A stretch of 42,420 nucleotides of DNA from a virus (lineage: Duplodnaviria > Caudoviricetes), in IMG/VR virus record IMGVR_UViG_3300033513_000023, positions 1 to 42,420 of that record; one strand, written 5' to 3'. The position numbers and the translations under genes were made by a program. Below are positions 34,016 to 42,420 of the stretch, in pieces. Under the pieces are notes generated by a model. It saw only the letters and a program-made list of their open reading frames with translations, ran no database searches and was not told the DNA's origin. Position 1 is the stretch's first letter; each line of letters opens with the position of its first letter.

Positions 34016-35670
34016 GCCTATCCCCTCCACCATCAAGAGAGCGTCTGCCTATATCAACTGAAGGCGGTAAATCTTATGCAGAAATGCCTCGCACATGGAT
34101 TAAATGGTTCACGGACATAAAAGAACTGCTGGCTCCTGTATCTACTGGTGGTCAGATTCTTTGGTCTGCTATTAGCAAGGCAGGTTCTAACCTAACGGAA
34201 ATTGAAACGCGCAAACACGCTGACTTGCAAGAGTTGGATTCTGATGCTGCTACTCATTTAACAAAATTGGTTAAAACAGACTTAACTGATGGAGGTGAAA
34301 CAATCCTCCATAAGCACAGGCACAATTCACAAGCTGGATTGCAAGGAGGTACAACGGATGATTATTACCATCTAACCGGAACACAAGCTACAGATTTGAC
34401 TGATGGCGGTGCTACAACGCTCCATAAGCACGACCATGCGGCGCAAGATAACCTGAATAGTGCGACGTATTCTCACCTCACCGCTGCACAATTAAACGCC
34501 GCTCTTAATCAAATGAGCACCGCGCTGATAACAGGATGCACATTATCTATCAATGCAGATACCACTAAATTTGACGTAGCCGCTGGTACATTCCGTGTAA
34601 TGAACAATTACACAAACCCACTTGCTTCTACATATTCTGAAATAACTTATGCAGGGTCTACTGGGAATTCCGTTACAAACCTAGCTACGCAAGACAGCAC
34701 TTATGTCATTATTGATTCTGCCGGAACAATAACACAATCAGCGACAAAACCTTCTGGGGCTGATTTAAGAAATAAAGTTCTGTTAGGTGCGTTAGTACAC
34801 ACAAGTCACACATTTATTAGTTCTGCTGATTCATTAACTGAAGTAAATGGTTTTGATGTTTCCAGTTCTTTAACGGACATTTCGTTAGCAGTTGGCCCGA
34901 TCAATTCTGGGAATATATATTCGGCCAATGCTACAAACACTCTCAGGATAAATAAATCTGCTGGAACACTCACACAGACCGGAATTAACTGGAAAAATAA
35001 CAAACAAAACCCAAACGTAATAACGTGTGCTGCATCCACTGGAGCATCATTTCTTATCACATGGCGTAATGGTACTGGCGGATGGACTACAGTATTAAAT
35101 TCAGATATCACCCCTGGACGATATGACGATGGAACAGGTGGGGCTACTCAGCCTAACGGTTTAGTAAGCAATAATAAATGGACGTTGCTTAGAGTTCACT
35201 ATTTACCAAACTCACAACTAACAGGGATTGAGTATGGGCAAATTGTCTACAACAGTGAAGCCGAGGCAGAAGCTGCAAAATCCGTAGCTACTGCTAATAA
35301 TCCTGCGCTTGATTCTATTCCATTTCGTGGATGGATAATTGTAAGAGGTGCGGCAACTAATTTAAACTTGACTACTGATGCTATATTTTTGGATGCGGGT
35401 AAGTTTGGTTCTGAGACTAGTGGTGCATCAACCGGAAGTTCAACGACTAATTTACAGGGCGCATACAACAATTCTACACAACCGCAGATTGTAACAGATG
35501 CAACATTGGGTGCATTCCAAATAAAGCGAGGCTCTGCTGCGGATACTGATGTTGTATTTGAAGTTTTGAATGGAGCAGGGACTGCGGTTTTTCAAGTGAC
35601 AGGTTTAGGAGTTGCTGGAACTGGCATAACTTTGGCTCAAAGCAGAGCAGTTTCGACATTAAGGATTTAA
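34012..35670 (+). CDS. Tail fibre/needle-like protein with His repeats
   Basis: PPP..R.P....W..WF N-terminus; duplicated TDLTDGG.T.LHKH.H; Thr/Gly-rich beta region. Confidence 0.7.
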   Translation: MSLSPPPSRERLPISTEGGKSYAEMPRTWIKWFTDIKELLAPVSTGGQILWSAISKAGSNLTEIETRKHADLQELDSDAATHLTKLVKTDLTDGGETILHKHRHNSQAGLQGGTTDDYYHLTGTQATDLTDGGATTLHKHDHAAQDNLNSATYSHLTAAQLNAALNQMSTALITGCTLSINADTTKFDVAAGTFRVMNNYTNPLASTYSEITYAGSTGNSVTNLATQDSTYVIIDSAGTITQSATKPSGADLRNKVLLGALVHTSHTFISSADSLTEVNGFDVSSSLTDISLAVGPINSGNIYSANATNTLRINKSAGTLTQTGINWKNNKQNPNVITCAASTGASFLITWRNGTGGWTTVLNSDITPGRYDDGTGGATQPNGLVSNNKWTLLRVHYLPNSQLTGIEYGQIVYNSEAEAEAAKSVATANNPALDSIPFRGWIIVRGAATNLNLTTDAIFLDAGKFGSETSGASTGSSTTNLQGAYNNSTQPQIVTDATLGAFQIKRGSAADTDVVFEVLNGAGTAVFQVTGLGVAGTGITLAQSRAVSTLRI

Positions 35671-35671
35671 C

Positions 35672-37030
35672 ATGTTCTTAGACTCAAATAGAAAATTAAC
35701 CGCCGTTCTCACAACCGCAAAGACAACACTTAATTTGTCGGTTTCTCTGGATGTTGTTGATCTAACAACTACGACTACAACTGCGGTTCCGTTGGGTACT
35801 TATACGAACGGGACAACCCCAGTAGATATTGTTCCTGCTCCTGCGGCTTCGACCATTAGGAAAGTAAATGGGCTAAGCATCTATGGGCGGGATACCGTAT
35901 CAAAAATAATTCGTATTTATGTGGTAGATGCAACTGCTACGACTGGATTAATTACTGCTGGTGCTTTTTTAGTGGGGAATGATTATCAGATTGTTTCTGT
36001 TGGCACTACAGATTTTACCTTGATCGGAGCTTCGGCTAATACGGTAGGTGTTATTTTTACGGCAACTGGAGTAGGAACTGGAACAGGAACGGCGGCAACT
36101 TGTTATCAGATTCAGGATGTCACTTTACAGATTGATGATGTATTAGGATATACAGACACAAGCGGATGGTACATAACCGATTCTTTGGGGAATCTGAAAT
36201 CTGTTCAGGCCGCAAGTGCTACTTCTATTGCTTCTGCAATTCATGGAGCGACGAACAAAACAACTCCAGTTGATGCTGATGAATGGGTGATTTGGGATAG
36301 CATTACCGGATTACTTAATCATGTAACGTGGGCAAATATCAAAGCTACGTTACTTGGGGTGATAGCAGGTAAAGCGGTACAAGTTGATCAATCCGTAACA
36401 GCATGGACTCGTGCTGCTACAACAACTCTTGATACATCACTAAACGGAACTCTGAGTGATACCGGAACAACCATTACAGCATTCAACGGAGTTGCTGGGG
36501 TAACTTATCATGTTAGAGCATTGGGCGCAGGTTCAATCACTCACCACGCAACAAATTTAATCATTACACAAGGACTTGCGAGTATCACTACCGCCGCTGG
36601 CGATACGTTCGATGTGGAGATGCTAACGGCGACGACTTGTCGGATTAAGAACTATGTTGCTGCTGTAGGCCCATATTCTTCGGGCACGGTCACGCTGACG
36701 CTCACCGGATGCACGACTTCGCCAACCATTGACTTCAAGTGGGTCAAGATTGGCAAGCAGGTAACGCTATCTCCACTTGCTATCAGCATTGGCGGTACCA
36801 GCAACTCGACTTCCAAGACTCTGACTGGGTTGCCTTCCAGCCTCGCTCCGTCATACGTCTATTACGACCACGGAGTATCAGTTGACAATGGCGGTACGCC
36901 AATTTTTGGCTTAGCCCAGTTCGCTACCATAGGCACCATCACATTGCAGCCATCTCCATCTGGACCAACATGGACAGCAAGCGGGGCAATGACGTTCTAC
37001 CCAAAGTCTTACACCTATATCACCGCGTGA
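35672..37030 (+). CDS. Tail fibre protein
   Basis: Thr-rich modules; KTTPVDADE; C-terminal WVKIGKQVTL..LTGLPSSLAP fibre tip. Confidence 0.75.
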   Translation: MFLDSNRKLTAVLTTAKTTLNLSVSLDVVDLTTTTTTAVPLGTYTNGTTPVDIVPAPAASTIRKVNGLSIYGRDTVSKIIRIYVVDATATTGLITAGAFLVGNDYQIVSVGTTDFTLIGASANTVGVIFTATGVGTGTGTAATCYQIQDVTLQIDDVLGYTDTSGWYITDSLGNLKSVQAASATSIASAIHGATNKTTPVDADEWVIWDSITGLLNHVTWANIKATLLGVIAGKAVQVDQSVTAWTRAATTTLDTSLNGTLSDTGTTITAFNGVAGVTYHVRALGAGSITHHATNLIITQGLASITTAAGDTFDVEMLTATTCRIKNYVAAVGPYSSGTVTLTLTGCTTSPTIDFKWVKIGKQVTLSPLAISIGGTSNSTSKTLTGLPSSLAPSYVYYDHGVSVDNGGTPIFGLAQFATIGTITLQPSPSGPTWTASGAMTFYPKSYTYITA

Positions 37031-37037
37031 GGAACAT

Positions 37038-37526
37038 ATGGCTGAAATCAAACTAGGAAGATTCGGCATCATCGACATCGAATCGAACGGCTATTCGCTG
37101 GGGCTGGTGCCGGGTTGCAACATCGCGGCAGAACTTTCCTTGAGACCAAACCTTAATCTGACTTTGGGAGAGGTGGCCACCATCAACGCGCTGGCTACAG
37201 CGGAATGGACTCTGGCAGTAATAGCAGCGATAAATCCTATAATACAAAAAACTACAGCACAAATAACTAAAGAACTTGAACAAGCGGTTGACAGACATAT
37301 TGATTCTGTAGCAAGAGCTGACAAGTGGGACTCTCGCGTTACCTGCGCAATGCGCGCAGGCTATCCTAACCCGTGGCAGAACAAAGCAATCGCATTCGGT
37401 CAATGGATGGATGCTTGCTATGCGCATTGCATCCAAGTTCAAGCAGCAGTTGCTGCAGGGACTCGCCCTGTACCGACAGAATCTCAATTAATATCAGAGC
37501 TTCCGATTATGGTATGGCCTGCATAA
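37038..37526 (+). CDS. Tail fibre assembly/chaperone-like protein
   Basis: Follows the fibre gene; HIDSVARA..WDS..TCA, W.D.CY, ELP..VWP. Confidence 0.7.
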   Translation: MAEIKLGRFGIIDIESNGYSLGLVPGCNIAAELSLRPNLNLTLGEVATINALATAEWTLAVIAAINPIIQKTTAQITKELEQAVDRHIDSVARADKWDSRVTCAMRAGYPNPWQNKAIAFGQWMDACYAHCIQVQAAVAAGTRPVPTESQLISELPIMVWPA

Positions 37527-37566
37527 AATGTGGTAAAATGTGTTGACTTTTAAAAAGGAGATGATT

Positions 37567-37647
37567 ATGGCTGGATATGGTAAAGAACCCGTTAGGCGCA
37601 AGAAGCAAGAAGACATCCCAACAAATGGAAACAAGAAGAAAAAATGA
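37567..37647 (+). CDS. 26 aa basic peptide
   Basis: aaggag RBS; MAGYGKEPVRRKKQEDIPTNGNKKKK; stop overlaps the next ATG. Confidence 0.55.
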   Translation: MAGYGKEPVRRKKQEDIPTNGNKKKK

Positions 37648-38096
37648 TTCCTCTATGGATTAACGTCTTTGCGTTCTACGCTCTGGCGTTCATTTTGAAG
37701 TCTAGGACGTACTCAATCCTTGCTTTTTCGGCTATTGCTAATCTTGCGATAGACCATTACACAACCGCTGACAGTCCGTGGTTGATGATGGTCTATTCAG
37801 ATATTGAATTAGTAACCGCCTTACTTGTATTGAAGTACGGCGACATTCAGAAAATCTATCAGTCTATCTTGCTTGCACTAATGCTTGCTCTTCATTTTAC
37901 AGGTCAACTCTTCATCGTTATTGATGATTACTACCTGTTTGAGTCGGGGATATACACCTATGTCATGTCGTTATTGATTATTTTTCAGCTTTTGGGAGCG
38001 GGATGTGGAACTGACAAACTTAATACCTTACATCGTCCTAATCCTAATCGGTGGAAAACTCGTTTTCCTTATCTGTCAGATCGTAAAGCACATTAA
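37644..38096 (+). CDS. Multi-pass membrane protein
   Basis: 4-5 hydrophobic segments. Confidence 0.75.
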   Translation: MIPLWINVFAFYALAFILKSRTYSILAFSAIANLAIDHYTTADSPWLMMVYSDIELVTALLVLKYGDIQKIYQSILLALMLALHFTGQLFIVIDDYYLFESGIYTYVMSLLIIFQLLGAGCGTDKLNTLHRPNPNRWKTRFPYLSDRKAH

Positions 38097-38116
38097 ATAC
38101 TTGTGGAAGGCAAGAA

Positions 38117-38356
38117 ATGATTAATACGACATTACATGATGCATCTAACATCGGGGCTGGGGCAACTGTTGGGGGAGGGTTGTTTCTTTTCTTCGGAGAG
38201 AATGCTACCGCTATCGGCGCTATGACTGTAGTGTTTACTGCCTTAGTAACTTTGGTGTTTCAGTATCTCAACTATCGAGTGAACAAACATCACAAAGAAA
38301 TAGACCGACATCATGTAAAGGATGAGATTATGAAAGAATTGGGGATGAAGAAGTGA
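38117..38356 (+). CDS. Holin-like membrane protein
   Basis: Two hydrophobic segments, charged C-terminus, directly before the endolysin. Confidence 0.6.
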   Translation: MINTTLHDASNIGAGATVGGGLFLFFGENATAIGAMTVVFTALVTLVFQYLNYRVNKHHKEIDRHHVKDEIMKELGMKK

Positions 38357-38799
38357 AGGTTCTGCAAAAACGTTACTGCTTCGGGGACGACTTTACAATT
38401 AGCCGCATCGAACTTGACAATAAATCATTCAACGGTTGTCCGTATATCCTTGAGGATGCTGTTCGAGAAATTCCAAATAAATCAGTTAGAGCTTGGAAGG
38501 TAAAGAATGAGACAGCCATTCCTGTTGGTACGTATGAGGTGGAAAAGACATTTAGCCAGCGATTCGGCAAGATGGTATATCAATTAATGAACGTGCCAGG
38601 GTTTGAAGGCGTAAGAATCCATTCTGGCAACACCTCACATGACACCGAAGGATGCCTCATAATTGGCAAGGAACGCGATGAAAAGAATGGAGAGGTATCA
38701 GGTAGCCGAGTGGCTAAAGACGCGCTTGAGCGTGTTTTAGACGCTGCTGTAGCTCGTGGAGAGAAGATTTACTGGACTGTTGAGGGGATGAAACCATGA
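38353..38799 (+). CDS. DUF5675-like putative endolysin (L,D-peptidase-like)
   Basis: LED, TAIPVGTY, VPGFEGVRIHSGNT..DTEGCLIIG. Confidence 0.8.
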   Translation: MKVLQKRYCFGDDFTISRIELDNKSFNGCPYILEDAVREIPNKSVRAWKVKNETAIPVGTYEVEKTFSQRFGKMVYQLMNVPGFEGVRIHSGNTSHDTEGCLIIGKERDEKNGEVSGSRVAKDALERVLDAAVARGEKIYWTVEGMKP

Positions 38800-39212
38800 G
38801 CGTAGATATTGCAGGACTTGGAGCTTTGGCAACAGCGGCAAAAGGAATTGTAGATAAGTTCTGGCCTGATAAAACCGAAGTCGAAAAGGCTAAACTCGCT
38901 ACAGAACTTCAAACAGTAATGAACGAATACAATCTTTCATCTGATCAGATTGAAGTTAACAAGATTGAGGCCGCATCTACTAATTGGTTTATTGCTGGAT
39001 GGAGACCTTCTTGTGGTTGGGTAGGGGCATTAGGTCTAGGATATGCGGCTATCATCGAACCATTTATGCGCTTTGTTGCTACCCAATTCGGATATTCTGG
39101 GACGTTCCCTGTCCTGGACACAAGCATTACAATGCAAATCCTGTTTGGTCTGCTCGGTCTAGGCGCTATGAGGACATTCGAGAAAAACAACGGAACTGAG
39201 AAAAACCGTTAG
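38796..39212 (+). CDS. 3TM (GTA-type) holin family protein
   Basis: QIEVNKIEA, GWRPSCGWV, LLGLGAMRTFEK. Confidence 0.85.
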   Translation: MSVDIAGLGALATAAKGIVDKFWPDKTEVEKAKLATELQTVMNEYNLSSDQIEVNKIEAASTNWFIAGWRPSCGWVGALGLGYAAIIEPFMRFVATQFGYSGTFPVLDTSITMQILFGLLGLGAMRTFEKNNGTEKNR

Positions 39213-39222
39213 GAGAAATTAA

Positions 39223-39297
39223 ATGGACGGATTGCTACTTGGGCTTCTTATCTGTCTTTGCATGGCGTTCATGGCTTGGGAATATTGGAAGAAATAA
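39223..39297 (+). CDS. 24 aa hydrophobic peptide
   Basis: aggag RBS; MDGLLLGLLICLCMAFMAWEYWKK. Confidence 0.5.
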   Translation: MDGLLLGLLICLCMAFMAWEYWKK

Positions 39298-39332
39298 CGT
39301 GAAGCTCTACAAGGAATGCAGAGCTTCTTGCG

Positions 39333-39809
39333 TTAGATAGTACGAGTTAGTTGGTCAATGTCGGATTCTGGCGATACCTGCTCCTTACGCTTGGATGCGG
39401 CAAGACGGCGAAGTTCATTACCACAATCACCACTCCCATCCGCGTATCCGGTAACATAATCATCCGGCTGATTGCCGTTTATTTGATGTGGCCTATCTTT
39501 CTCAAATTGAGCGTCACAGATTTTTGCTGCTTCTTCCAATGCTTCCGCATCATGTTCTTCCAGCCATTGCGTAGCCTGTGGCTCGGTGGCGGAGAGCACG
39601 TCCATAATTTCTCCGTACACTTCTTCCCATGCCCAGCCACCTTTCCCGCTTGCTACATCATGCAAACAAGCTGCTGATTGTTTTAATTGCCCAACCAGCA
39701 TCGCCCGCTCACGCTTGAGAGATTCGAGTTCGGATTGCTTTAGTACAACGCTTATCATCAGGGAGTCTATTTGTTGCTGCAAAAACTGTTCAGTATTCAT
39801 GCTCATCAC
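39333..39809 (-). CDS. Hypothetical protein (end of the leftward operon)
   Basis: ALEEAAKIC motif, coiled coil. Confidence 0.7.
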   Translation of the reverse strand: MMSMNTEQFLQQQIDSLMISVVLKQSELESLKRERAMLVGQLKQSAACLHDVASGKGGWAWEEVYGEIMDVLSATEPQATQWLEEHDAEALEEAAKICDAQFEKDRPHQINGNQPDDYVTGYADGSGDCGNELRRLAASKRKEQVSPESDIDQLTRTI

Positions 39810-40303
39810 TTATCTCCTTTAGCGCGTAGTTCGGATGCCGCAAAAGTCTCTATATGCGGAAGAACAACTGTTTCATATGCTTCGCATTCAATCATGCATG
39901 CCAGGAATGATTTAAGTCGGTCTATGGTTTTTGTCCTATCCTCTCTTAGTGCGGAGATGGATGGGTGTAGCTGGACGGCTTCATAAGCTGTGCAATACGA
40001 ACCGTGCCTATCGTGCTGACCAGTGTATTTATTCAATGCCTCCCGCAGCTGCTCCACAACTAGCTCGGTTGCGGCGAGTTGTTGCTTGAGTTCTTCGATG
40101 GTCTTGTGCATGGCTACTATTTGCTTATCATCTGCGGTTAGCTGTGCGTGCAGCCCTTCGACTGTCTTGTTGGCTTCTTCCGCGCCTTCCTTGCGGTAGT
40201 GGTCGGCGAAGGCTTGGAGCGCATCTTCTGTGAAAGCAATAGAGCCATCTGATAGATACGTTGCGAGGTCATTTGCAACTTCCATAATGTCTGTCATGTT
40301 CAA
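39806..40303 (-). CDS. Hypothetical coiled-coil protein
   Basis: Coupled ORF. Confidence 0.7.
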   Translation of the reverse strand: MNMTDIMEVANDLATYLSDGSIAFTEDALQAFADHYRKEGAEEANKTVEGLHAQLTADDKQIVAMHKTIEELKQQLAATELVVEQLREALNKYTGQHDRHGSYCTAYEAVQLHPSISALREDRTKTIDRLKSFLACMIECEAYETVVLPHIETFAASELRAKGDK

Positions 40304-40815
40304 TCCTTCGCGTTATCAGGGTGGGCGTAAATCGGCTCATACTCCGATAAATTTTCAGTGGTACGAACTTTTCCTGCTATGACTGGCAGAAATTCAGGGA
40401 AATCGCCTACTCGATATTTGACATATGCAACCGGCTTCGCTTCCTTGTACTTGGCAAGCTCTGCTTCCAATTCTGCAACGCGAGCATTCAACATACGTTC
40501 TGCATCACAGCAATCGTTATAATGACGTTCTGTTTCTTCAAGACTAACAATCCGTTCCTGCAACTCAGCCTCGCGCTTTTGGGATTCAGTTAAAGCCTCA
40601 CACAACTTAATCTCTGCTTCTTTTAGGCGATTGCGCTCTTGCTCACCTTGAGCAATTGCGGCTTGCCATACTGGAAATTTATTTGCCAGCGCGCCTGCGC
40701 TTGGATAGTTTGAATATTTCAACGAATACCATTTAATGAATCCCAATCGAATATTCTCTTCGTTCTGTGCGGTCATAACTTGCCTTTCATAATCAGATAA
40801 CAGATCATTCCGCAT
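40300..40815 (-). CDS. Ead/Ea22-like coiled-coil protein
   Basis: WQAA, RVAELEAEL, KPVAY...PIYAHP; the true start may be ~40 nt downstream. Confidence 0.65.
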   Translation of the reverse strand: MRNDLLSDYERQVMTAQNEENIRLGFIKWYSLKYSNYPSAGALANKFPVWQAAIAQGEQERNRLKEAEIKLCEALTESQKREAELQERIVSLEETERHYNDCCDAERMLNARVAELEAELAKYKEAKPVAYVKYRVGDFPEFLPVIAGKVRTTENLSEYEPIYAHPDNAKD

Positions 40816-40864
40816 ACTGCGACAAATGCTATCGCTCCAATCAGATTATTGATATTTGCTTCTG

Positions 40865-41074
40865 TCATTCCAATCTCCCAGTAATATCAATTTTAACTCC
40901 ACAAGCAATCATCGCTACAACAGGCTCTTGTTGAGCTGCATTAATCCAGCATTTCAAATCAAACTCTTTATCGTTTCCATTTGAGAAAAGAAGCAAGTCC
41001 ATATTCAACTTAACTGGAATCTTCTGTTCAAGTCCGTTGTGCGAGATGGTGAATGTGATGATGGCGTTGGTCAT
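40865..41074 (-). CDS. Hypothetical protein
   Basis: Coupled ORF. Confidence 0.6.
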   Translation of the reverse strand: MTNAIITFTISHNGLEQKIPVKLNMDLLLFSNGNDKEFDLKCWINAAQQEPVVAMIACGVKIDITGRLE

Positions 41075-41283
41075 TTTGGAGCCTCCGGCAATGGCATCCA
41101 GTGAGTAGGATTGCAGTTATAACCATTCTCTTGCCACCGTCCTTTGCCTTTTTTAGTGTATGAAAATGACCCGATAACTGTACGTCCACCAAGCCACAAT
41201 AACAAATATGGACTTGTGTTGCGATACCAGCTCTCTTTGTCAAATTCTTTGATTGGCGCTGTTTCAATCGGTTGCCATTCCAT
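41071..41283 (-). CDS. DUF551-like protein
   Basis: MEWQPIETAP...PTHWMPLPEAP. Confidence 0.85.
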   Translation of the reverse strand: MEWQPIETAPIKEFDKESWYRNTSPYLLLWLGGRTVIGSFSYTKKGKGRWQENGYNCNPTHWMPLPEAPK

Positions 41284-41319
41284 TTCAATCTCCTAGTTCG
41301 TTTAGATGGCTAATTAGGC

Positions 41320-41544
41320 CTATATTGCGCGTTCAATATAGGGGTGCTGCTGAGTGACTTCCCTGTTTGAGCCATCACGCGGAGAGGCTTGGAAAGTAAC
41401 GCATTCATCAATATATCTTTGTTCTTCTTCTGTTGCGCATGACTTTGCATGATTTATAAAGCTCTCAGAAAGCACATTAGTAGTGGTGCGAGAATCATGG
41501 AGTTTTTTTCCATGATTCATATACCACTCATATGCAATGTTCAT
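41320..41544 (-). CDS. Hypothetical protein
   Basis: Coupled ORF. Confidence 0.55.
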   Translation of the reverse strand: MNIAYEWYMNHGKKLHDSRTTTNVLSESFINHAKSCATEEEQRYIDECVTFQASPRDGSNREVTQQHPYIERAI

Positions 41545-41681
41545 TTTGCATTCAAGGCATCATAAACATCTCCAGCAACTTTTGCGTATGTTCCTTGTCC
41601 AAGAACGGTATCAATAGCCTGCTGAATTGTTTTACCGCTATTTACTTCGCTGAGGATTGCTTTGCTGATTTTTGCGTTCAT
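41541..41681 (-). CDS. 46 aa hypothetical protein
   Basis: taaggagattgaaATG; MNAKISKAIL...AIDTVLGQGTY. Confidence 0.7.
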   Translation of the reverse strand: MNAKISKAILSEVNSGKTIQQAIDTVLGQGTYAKVAGDVYDALNAK

Positions 41682-41753
41682 TTCAATCTCCTTAGTTCGT
41701 TGTTGATGTAATGAACTATAAAAGAACAAGTAAAGAAAGTCATATAAGTAATT

Positions 41754-41957
41754 TCAATGCTCTGGCACTCTATTATGAATTTTCAGCTTCCTTCGATTCT
41801 CTCGATGATATTCTCTATTACATTCAGTGCATAACGTACCAAGTATCTTGCCGCTTTTGGTTACATGGCGGGGCTTTTCTTTGCACTTAGAGCATGGCTC
41901 GTTAGCGTTTTTGGCTAGTGAGGTTAGATAGTTTTCGTATTTGGTCATGATTACCAC
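41754..41957 (-). CDS. Zinc-finger small protein
   Basis: CSKC...CTEC. Confidence 0.6.
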   Translation of the reverse strand: MVIMTKYENYLTSLAKNANEPCSKCKEKPRHVTKSGKILGTLCTECNREYHRENRRKLKIHNRVPEH

Positions 41958-42163
41958 TCAATTTTATGATTTTTCAATTTCCCGCATACTTCACATTGCA
42001 GAACTACAATTTTCCCTTCATAAGAATCTCCGCCATCATTACGAACCATCATGGTTTCATGAATAGTCCATTTATGCGAATGCCCTAAAAATAGTCGTTG
42101 CAATAATTCAATCATCATTAATCTTTCGCACGTTAGATTTCCAAAATTTATGTGGTTGTCCAT
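41951..42163 (-). CDS. Small His/Cys protein
   Basis: GHSHKW...CEVCG; true start probably at the internal MMIELLQ. Confidence 0.6.
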   Translation of the reverse strand: MDNHINFGNLTCERLMMIELLQRLFLGHSHKWTIHETMMVRNDGGDSYEGKIVVLQCEVCGKLKNHKIEW

Positions 42164-42296
42164 GAATAGACTTAACCACCATTTTCCTTGATACGAGGAT
42201 GTGAAGATAATCCCTCACGGTATCGCGTTTAAACGTATTCCCAAGGCTTCTAACATGCTCTGTAAGCTCTTTTACGCTCCATGCCTTAGTACCCAT
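42108..42296 (-). CDS. 3' half of the junction-spanning putative winged-helix protein
   Basis: WSVKELTEHV......RDTVRDYLHILVSRKMVVK resembles a wHTH. Confidence 0.65.
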   Translation of the reverse strand: MGTKAWSVKELTEHVRSLGNTFKRDTVRDYLHILVSRKMVVKSIHGQPHKFWKSNVRKINDD

Positions 42297-42420
42297 AACC
42301 TCGAACAGTTTTAGTACACTAGCGTCCGTTCTGCTCTGTGCTTTGTTCTTTAACTGAACAGGAACTTGTTTAGTGGTTGTAGTCGCCCAACTACTGTAAC
42401 CAGCACAGAGTTGGGCTACA
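42294..42420. repeat. Terminal direct repeat, copy 2
   Basis: Exact match to 1-127. Confidence 0.95.

Noticed and set aside
32756-37030. Diversity-generating retroelement or invertible tail cassette
   Set aside because: No reverse transcriptase or invertase; no template/variable repeat pair differing only at adenines was seen; the repeats are in-frame propeller blades

Overview
Apparently complete, circularly permuted ~42.3 kb dsDNA tailed phage genome. Bases 1-127 are identical to 42294-42420 (most likely an assembly overlap), and an ORF reads cleanly across the join. The early region is lambdoid-style: a leftward operon (Sak/Rad52-like annealase, SSB, many small genes) and a rightward one (Cro-like HTH, DUF1376/YdaU-type initiator with internal iterons, DnaB, DNA methyltransferase, NinB, NinG, three tRNAs). 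The late region is P22-like podovirus (terminase, portal, scaffold, capsid, adaptor, gp10-like hub, ejection proteins, fibres, lysis genes). The SSB looks betaproteobacterial (inference). I recognise no integrase, CI repressor, N or Q. Instead the early arms are dense with structured non-coding RNA. There are three promoter-linked C4-like antisense/attenuator modules with non-cross-reacting seed pairs. Two of these (one per arm, pointing outward) are each followed by a diverged copy of the same ~260-280 nt RNA-like element with conserved motifs and a compensatory hairpin. There are also two tRNA-shaped scaffolds lacking an anticodon arm. The virion gene block carries modifying enzymes (GT2, methyltransferase-GT9 fusion, cupin-SET fusion) and a beta-propeller nested inside the tail hub. 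All calls were made by eye from sequence motifs; no database searches were run.
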